Shown: positions 34,688 through 39,169 of the stretch, one piece after another
Position numbering within the stretch: the stretch's first letter is position 1
Layout: every line of letters begins with the position of its first letter
Source: a virus
Taxonomy: Duplodnaviria > Caudoviricetes
Length of the DNA: 39,169 nt
IMG/VR virus record: IMGVR_UViG_3300043932_000067
Coordinates: 1-39,169 of that record
Strand: one strand, 5' to 3'
The notes under the pieces: generated by a model
Told to the model about the DNA's origin: nothing
Database searches by the model: none
What the model saw: the letters and a program-made list of their open reading frames with translations, nothing else
Translations under genes and position numbers: made by a program

Positions 34688-34761
34688 ACGGCGCACTCAT
34701 CCTCTGGATGCTCTGCCTCGCCGGCGTCTGGCTCTGGTACGCGCTCCAGGAGCACCGATGA
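34684..34761 (+). CDS. 25-aa hydrophobic peptide
   Basis: GTGA and ATGA overlaps at both ends, RBS GGAGG. Translates MNGALILWMLCLAGVWLWYALQEHR. Confidence 0.5.
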   Translation: MNGALILWMLCLAGVWLWYALQEHR

Positions 34762-34943
34762 CCGCGCCACTCCTCACCCCTGAGCAGGTGGCCGAGCGCC
34801 TCCAGATCCCCGTCAAGACGGTCCGCCAGATGTGCCGCCGTCGCGAACTGCCCGCATTCAAACTCACCGACGCCAAGGCGGCCCCGTGGCGCATCGACCC
34901 CGAAGACCTCGACCGCTGGATGAAGGAAAGGAGGGCGGCATGA
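34758..34943 (+). CDS. xis: excisionase / HTH_17 DNA-binding protein
   Basis: Sequence LLTPEQVAERLQIPVKTVRQMCRRRELPAFK...WRIDPEDLDRW. Confidence 0.8.
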   Translation: MTAPLLTPEQVAERLQIPVKTVRQMCRRRELPAFKLTDAKAAPWRIDPEDLDRWMKERRAA

Positions 34944-35818
34944 TCACCACTCCTGGCCTCTATGACGGCGTGGACGAGACGGCCTACCACGACGGCTCGG
35001 CGTTCGCTGAGCCGACCATCTCGTGCTCCGACTGCAAGCTGCTCGCCAAGCCGGGCGGCGCAGCTCTGTGGCATTGGCGGCAGGGCAATCCGGAGCCGCC
35101 ACGCAAGGAGTTCGACGTCGGATCGGCCGCCCACGCGCTCATCCTCGGCACCGGACCGCAGATCGTCTGCGTCCCCGGCGAGTGGCGCACCAAGGAGAAG
35201 AAGGCTGAGGTCGCCGACTGGAGGGCCCAAGGCATCCTGCCGCTGCACTCAGCCGACTACCGGGCCGTCTTCGGCATGTACAAGGCCGTCACATCCCACC
35301 CGGTAGCAGCCGGTCTGCTGGCCTCGGCACCTCACCGTGAGGCGACCGGACTGGTGGAGGGCCCCGGCGGACAGTGGCTGCGCTGCCGGTTCGACGCCAT
35401 CGGAGGAGCCGGGATCGTCGACCTCAAGACCTGCCAGTCAGCAGACCCGGCGACCTTCGCCAGGAAGGCCATCGAGCTCGGATACCACCAGCAGGCCGCC
35501 TGGTATCGCGACATGGCCCAGGAGCTCGGCGTCACCGCCGGCCCGTTCCGGTTCATCGCCGTCGAAAAGACCCCGCCCTACCTCGTCTCAGTGATCGAGC
35601 TGGACGAGGCCACCGAGGACCTCGGCCGCGACGCCAACCAGCGCGCCATCGACACCTACCGCCACTGCCTCGCCACCGACGAGTGGCCCGGCTACCCCAC
35701 CGACATCACCACCGCCTCCGCGCCGCCGTGGGCCTTCCGCGACGCCCAGGACAGCGAACGACTCGACCCATCCGTGGAGCAGGAACTGCTCGATCTCCTG
35801 AAAGGAACCAAGTCATGA
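34940..35818 (+). CDS. recE: RecE/ExoVIII-like PD-(D/E)xK exonuclease
   Basis: Motifs GSAAHALILG, LRCRFD, IVDLKT, GYHQQAAWY and FIAVEK.PPY. Confidence 0.88.
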   Translation: MITTPGLYDGVDETAYHDGSAFAEPTISCSDCKLLAKPGGAALWHWRQGNPEPPRKEFDVGSAAHALILGTGPQIVCVPGEWRTKEKKAEVADWRAQGILPLHSADYRAVFGMYKAVTSHPVAAGLLASAPHREATGLVEGPGGQWLRCRFDAIGGAGIVDLKTCQSADPATFARKAIELGYHQQAAWYRDMAQELGVTAGPFRFIAVEKTPPYLVSVIELDEATEDLGRDANQRAIDTYRHCLATDEWPGYPTDITTASAPPWAFRDAQDSERLDPSVEQELLDLLKGTKS

Positions 35819-36642
35819 ACAACGTCCCAGCACGACAGGCCCCTAAGTCCGTGGCCCGCACCATTGCCGACTCCAAAGAGCTGATCTCCGAAGCCCTCCC
35901 CAAGGGGCTGGACCCTGACCGATTCACCCGGCTGGCCCTGACCACCCTGCGCAAGACCCCCGCCCTCCAGCGCTGCAACCCCGAGTCCTTCGTCGGCTCA
36001 CTGCTCACAGCCTCCGCCCTCGGCCTCGAACCCGACGTGCTCGGAGAGGCCTACCTCGTCCCCTACAAGCAGGAGTGCACGCTGATCGTCGGTTACCAGG
36101 GGCTGGCCAAACTGTTCTGGCAGTCCCCGCAGGCCGCACAGCTGGAGTCCGGATGGGTCGGCAGCAATGACCAGTTCGACTACGAGAAGGGCACGTCGCC
36201 GTGGCTGAAGCACAAGCCAGCCCTGAGCGACCGCGGCGAGGTGATCGCCTACTACGCCATCGTCGGGTTGAAGAGTGGCGCCACGTGGTTCGAGGTCTTC
36301 TCTCCCGCCCAGATCAACGCGCTTCGCGGCACCTCCAAGAAGGCCGGAGTTCGCGACCCCGAGCACTGGATGGCGCGCAAGACCGCCCTCAAGCAGGTCC
36401 TCAAGATGGCCCCCAAGTCCACCCAGCTCGCCGCCTCCATGGACCTCGACGGTCAGGCCCCGACCATGACCACCGCAGTGCAGGTCAACCAGGGTGAGGC
36501 GCCGACCGTCGAGCAGCCGGCCGAGTTCGTCGACGCCGAGGTCGTCGACGAGCAGACCGGCGAGATGGCCTTCCCGGCCTCGCCCGCCACCCCACCCGCA
36601 GGCCCCGACCCGTGGGCCGACGCACAGACACAGGAGTCCTGA
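35815..36642 (+). CDS. recT: RecT single-strand annealing recombinase
   Basis: Motifs LGLEPD.LGEAYLVPY, LIVGYQGL and MARKTALKQVLKMAPKS. Confidence 0.92.
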   Translation: MNNVPARQAPKSVARTIADSKELISEALPKGLDPDRFTRLALTTLRKTPALQRCNPESFVGSLLTASALGLEPDVLGEAYLVPYKQECTLIVGYQGLAKLFWQSPQAAQLESGWVGSNDQFDYEKGTSPWLKHKPALSDRGEVIAYYAIVGLKSGATWFEVFSPAQINALRGTSKKAGVRDPEHWMARKTALKQVLKMAPKSTQLAASMDLDGQAPTMTTAVQVNQGEAPTVEQPAEFVDAEVVDEQTGEMAFPASPATPPAGPDPWADAQTQES

Positions 36643-36643
36643 C

Positions 36644-36967
36644 ATGTCCTTCACCACCGATCAGACGCGACTCATCATCGAATGGCTCGACAATCACCCC
36701 GAGATCCTGTCCGACGCGATCAGCTGGCACATCGACTCGACCACCAGGCCCGCGCCGACTGTCGATATCCTCGCCGGGTCCGCTCCCATCCTTCCGGCCG
36801 GCGTCGCGTGGGGCCCTGAGATCGTCACGCACAGCGACGAGGACGGTCACACCCTCAAGCGTGAGGCCGTCCTGCACGACTCAAAGGACTTCCGGGCGGT
36901 CATGTGTGACTACCGCACCATCTCGGCCTTTGATCCGCTCAAGCCCGCCGAGCAGGTGGCGTCATGA
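36644..36967 (+). CDS. hypothetical protein
   Basis: RBS AGGAG and ATG 36644. Confidence 0.6.
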   Translation: MSFTTDQTRLIIEWLDNHPEILSDAISWHIDSTTRPAPTVDILAGSAPILPAGVAWGPEIVTHSDEDGHTLKREAVLHDSKDFRAVMCDYRTISAFDPLKPAEQVAS

Positions 36968-37164
36968 GCTGGACCGCAGACCGCGTCGAGACAGAATCCA
37001 AGTGGACCAAGTACCGCGCCGATGACGTGTGCATCTGCCCCGACTGCAACGGCCAGGGCGTCACCGTGTGGGGATCCACCTGCCACACCTGCGACGGGCT
37101 TGGTGAGCTGAGGCGCCGCGACGTCGAGATGATCCGCCGCATGCCGGGGGGCGACTGGCGATGA
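36964..37164 (+). CDS. small DnaJ-type CxxCxGxG zinc-finger protein
   Basis: Motifs CPDCNGQG and CHTCDGLG. Confidence 0.65.
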   Translation: MSWTADRVETESKWTKYRADDVCICPDCNGQGVTVWGSTCHTCDGLGELRRRDVEMIRRMPGGDWR

Positions 37165-37478
37165 GGCACACCTGCACGCGTCACGCGCCGGGGTCTCTGC
37201 GGTGCCACGAGCGCCACCACTGCCAGTGCCACGACTGCCGCGCGGCGTCCAGCGCATACCGGCGACAGCGGTGGCGCGCCGCGAATCCGAGGCCAGTCCC
37301 GCCACCCGATCTCGACGAGGTGGCGTGGCTGCTGGAGATGGGCGAGGCGCCGGCGATCATCGCGGACGTCATGAACTCCACCGTCGGCGCCATCGCGAGA
37401 CGGGCCCGGCGACTGGGTCACGTGGACACAGCCCGTCAATTCGAGCGGGAAGTAAGAGCAGAGAGGAGGATCGCATGA
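37161..37478 (+). CDS. Cys/His-rich protein with HTH-like C-terminus
   Basis: Motif HHCQCHDCRAA and EVAWLLEMGE...IADVMNSTVGAIARR. Confidence 0.6.
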   Translation: MRHTCTRHAPGSLRCHERHHCQCHDCRAASSAYRRQRWRAANPRPVPPPDLDEVAWLLEMGEAPAIIADVMNSTVGAIARRARRLGHVDTARQFEREVRAERRIA

Positions 37479-37639
37479 CGCATGAACTCACCGTCACCGT
37501 CGCCTCCCGTCGCGGTGGCCGCACCTGGTGGGACGTGCGCTGCACCTGTGGATGGCACGGACGCCAGACCACCATCGTGCAGCGCGCCGCCGACGAGCAC
37601 GCCAAGCACGCCACACACGAGGAGGCACGGAATGGGTGA
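37475..37639 (+). CDS. small hypothetical zinc-binding protein
   Basis: RBS GAGGAGGA and CTCGW...H..H motif. Confidence 0.55.
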   Translation: MTHELTVTVASRRGGRTWWDVRCTCGWHGRQTTIVQRAADEHAKHATHEEARNG

Positions 37640-37856
37640 GCAGATCATCGCCCATATCCTCCCGGGCGATCCGGAGGTGGAGCGCCGGGCACGCCGGTAT
37701 CTGGCCGCCTCACGCTCAAAAGCTCAGGTGTGGAAGTCGCCAAACGACCTCACGCTGCCGTGGTGCGTCACCCTTCCCGGAATCCCGGGTGTCGCCAGAT
37801 TCCACACCTTCGCATCCGCTATCAGATTCGCCACCAAGGGAAGGACCACGAAATGA
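37632..37856 (+). CDS. hypothetical protein
   Basis: RBS GGAGG; coupled to its neighbours. Confidence 0.55.
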   Translation: MGEQIIAHILPGDPEVERRARRYLAASRSKAQVWKSPNDLTLPWCVTLPGIPGVARFHTFASAIRFATKGRTTK

Positions 37857-38380
37857 CAGACGAGTTCGCAAACAAACTGCGTCGAGCACTTGACGGAAAC
37901 GCTGACGCATTCTTCTCCATCGACTCCAGCGACTTTGACGAGTGGCTGGAGTCCCACGACGCCGAGGTGCGCAATGAGGCGATCATCGCACGAGACACCC
38001 GCACCTCGGCCGAGCTGATCGAGGCCGCATGGGACGCTGCCTACGAGGTGCCAGAAGGACGGACGATCCCAGCCGGGACCCCGACTGTCATGAAATACAA
38101 GGACGGCACAATCATGTGGAACATGAAGGGGTCCACGTATGAAATCGAGTTCATCGAAACGGACAGGATCCGCACCCTTGAGCCTCTGCCGCCGGTGATT
38201 CCAGATGGTACGCCTGCCGTGTGGGCCAGCACCAAGGACTGCGAGGGGCGCCGGGTGCTGGTGCTGTCCGAGGAGCCAATCGGGGACATGCTGCGCCACT
38301 GGCGCGACGGAGACGGCGACGAGTACCGCGACGAGCAGCTCATCAATCCCGTGCCGATCCCCAAGGAGGGCGACCGATGA
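37853..38380 (+). CDS. hypothetical protein
   Basis: ATGA coupling. Contains FDEWLESHDAEVR. Confidence 0.65.
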   Translation: MTDEFANKLRRALDGNADAFFSIDSSDFDEWLESHDAEVRNEAIIARDTRTSAELIEAAWDAAYEVPEGRTIPAGTPTVMKYKDGTIMWNMKGSTYEIEFIETDRIRTLEPLPPVIPDGTPAVWASTKDCEGRRVLVLSEEPIGDMLRHWRDGDGDEYRDEQLINPVPIPKEGDR

Positions 38381-38685
38381 GTGACATCGAAGACCTGTGC
38401 CAGATCATCCACCGGGGAATCGGCCTCAATTTTGAGGACCTGGCCGAGGAGATCATCGCCGCCGGATTCCACCGTGACCGCACCATCACCACCTATGCCG
38501 AACTGGACAATCTGGCATCCGGGTCGGTCGTGCTCACGGAATCCGGCACGGCATGGCAGCGCAGCTCATCACCCTATGTGACCGCTGACCGCGTGTGGCT
38601 GGTGACAGGGGACACCATCTATCACCCCACGCACGCAATCATGCTCCCCGTCACCGTCCTGTACGAGGGGGCCCGCGATGAGTGA
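38377..38685 (+). CDS. hypothetical protein
   Basis: RBS AAGGAGG. Motif ITT..ELD.L..GSVVL...G.AWQ..LPVTVLYE. Confidence 0.65.
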   Translation: MSDIEDLCQIIHRGIGLNFEDLAEEIIAAGFHRDRTITTYAELDNLASGSVVLTESGTAWQRSSSPYVTADRVWLVTGDTIYHPTHAIMLPVTVLYEGARDE

Positions 38686-38932
38686 CGATCTGCCCGAGCG
38701 CATCTATCAGGCCGCATTCGACCGCAACGTCATCATCGACCGCACCGACTGCGCAGCCCTTGCCGCCGCCGCCCGCGCATTCATCGGGGACGAGATCAAT
38801 GCCGACATGGAGGACACTAGAAAGATTTGGAGAGACGGCAAACCGCTCTACGACGGCTGCACCCACTGGGAGGAAGGCTACGGGGACGGCTATGAGGATT
38901 CCGAATCAATCGCACGAGGAGACACGAAATGA
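38678..38932 (+). CDS. hypothetical protein
   Basis: Overlaps its neighbours; contains WEEGYGDGYED. Confidence 0.6.
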   Translation: MSDDLPERIYQAAFDRNVIIDRTDCAALAAAARAFIGDEINADMEDTRKIWRDGKPLYDGCTHWEEGYGDGYEDSESIARGDTK

Positions 38933-39169
38933 ACCACCAGAAAGAATCCGAGAAGATTGTCAACTATGTCGAGAACTGCGGGACAGACGATGAATCAACC
39001 CTCAACGTCGCTCTCGCCCAGACGCACGCGCTTCTGGCCGTCGCAGAGCAGCTGAGGATCGGAAACCTCATAGCGCTCACCAATGCCGGGTCGAATCCGA
39101 CCGATGACTCGGCGGAGTGGGGACAGGATGATGAAGTGAGGAAGCGCGCATACAACGGGCTGATCGACT
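38929..39169 (+). CDS. hypothetical protein (3'-truncated by the window edge)
   Basis: RBS GAGGAG and ATG 38929. MNHQKESE...ALAQTHALLAVAEQLRIGNLIAL stays open to the window end. Confidence 0.6.
   Translation, partial: MNHQKESEKIVNYVENCGTDDESTLNVALAQTHALLAVAEQLRIGNLIALTNAGSNPTDDSAEWGQDDEVRKRAYNGLID

Overview
This window is an almost complete genome of a high-GC temperate tailed (siphovirus-like) actinobacteriophage. The host is probably in the Propionibacteriaceae or Micrococcales, inferred from composition and gene families only. Both ends cut inside genes of the early/replication arm, and an intact attP-like site lies between the lysis/tail region and the integrase, so this looks like a circularly permuted or excised genome rather than an integrated prophage. 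Gene order on the + strand: WhiB-like fusion, RusA-like resolvase, replication initiator with internal iterons, DnaB-like helicase, HTH regulator, then a ~450-nt non-coding run of back-to-back stem-loops. It continues with terminases, portal, minor capsid, scaffold, major capsid, head-tail connectors, major tail, tail assembly chaperone with a -1 frameshift, tape measure protein with two muralytic domains and minor tails. The lysis region holds membrane proteins, an inserted low-GC HNH nuclease, a collagen-like protein, an amidase and a holin, followed by an extra fibre gene. On the - strand are a two-gene operator-controlled moron, attP, tyrosine integrase, lipoprotein, ImmA/IrrE protease and repressor. 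The + strand early arm then carries cro, antirepressor, excisionase, RecE/RecT and small genes. The most striking unexplained elements are the structured non-coding array at 5206-5665, a recurring GCCCCC(G)-closed hairpin family across the late operon, and the moron next to attP. All calls come from reading the sequence; no searches were run.
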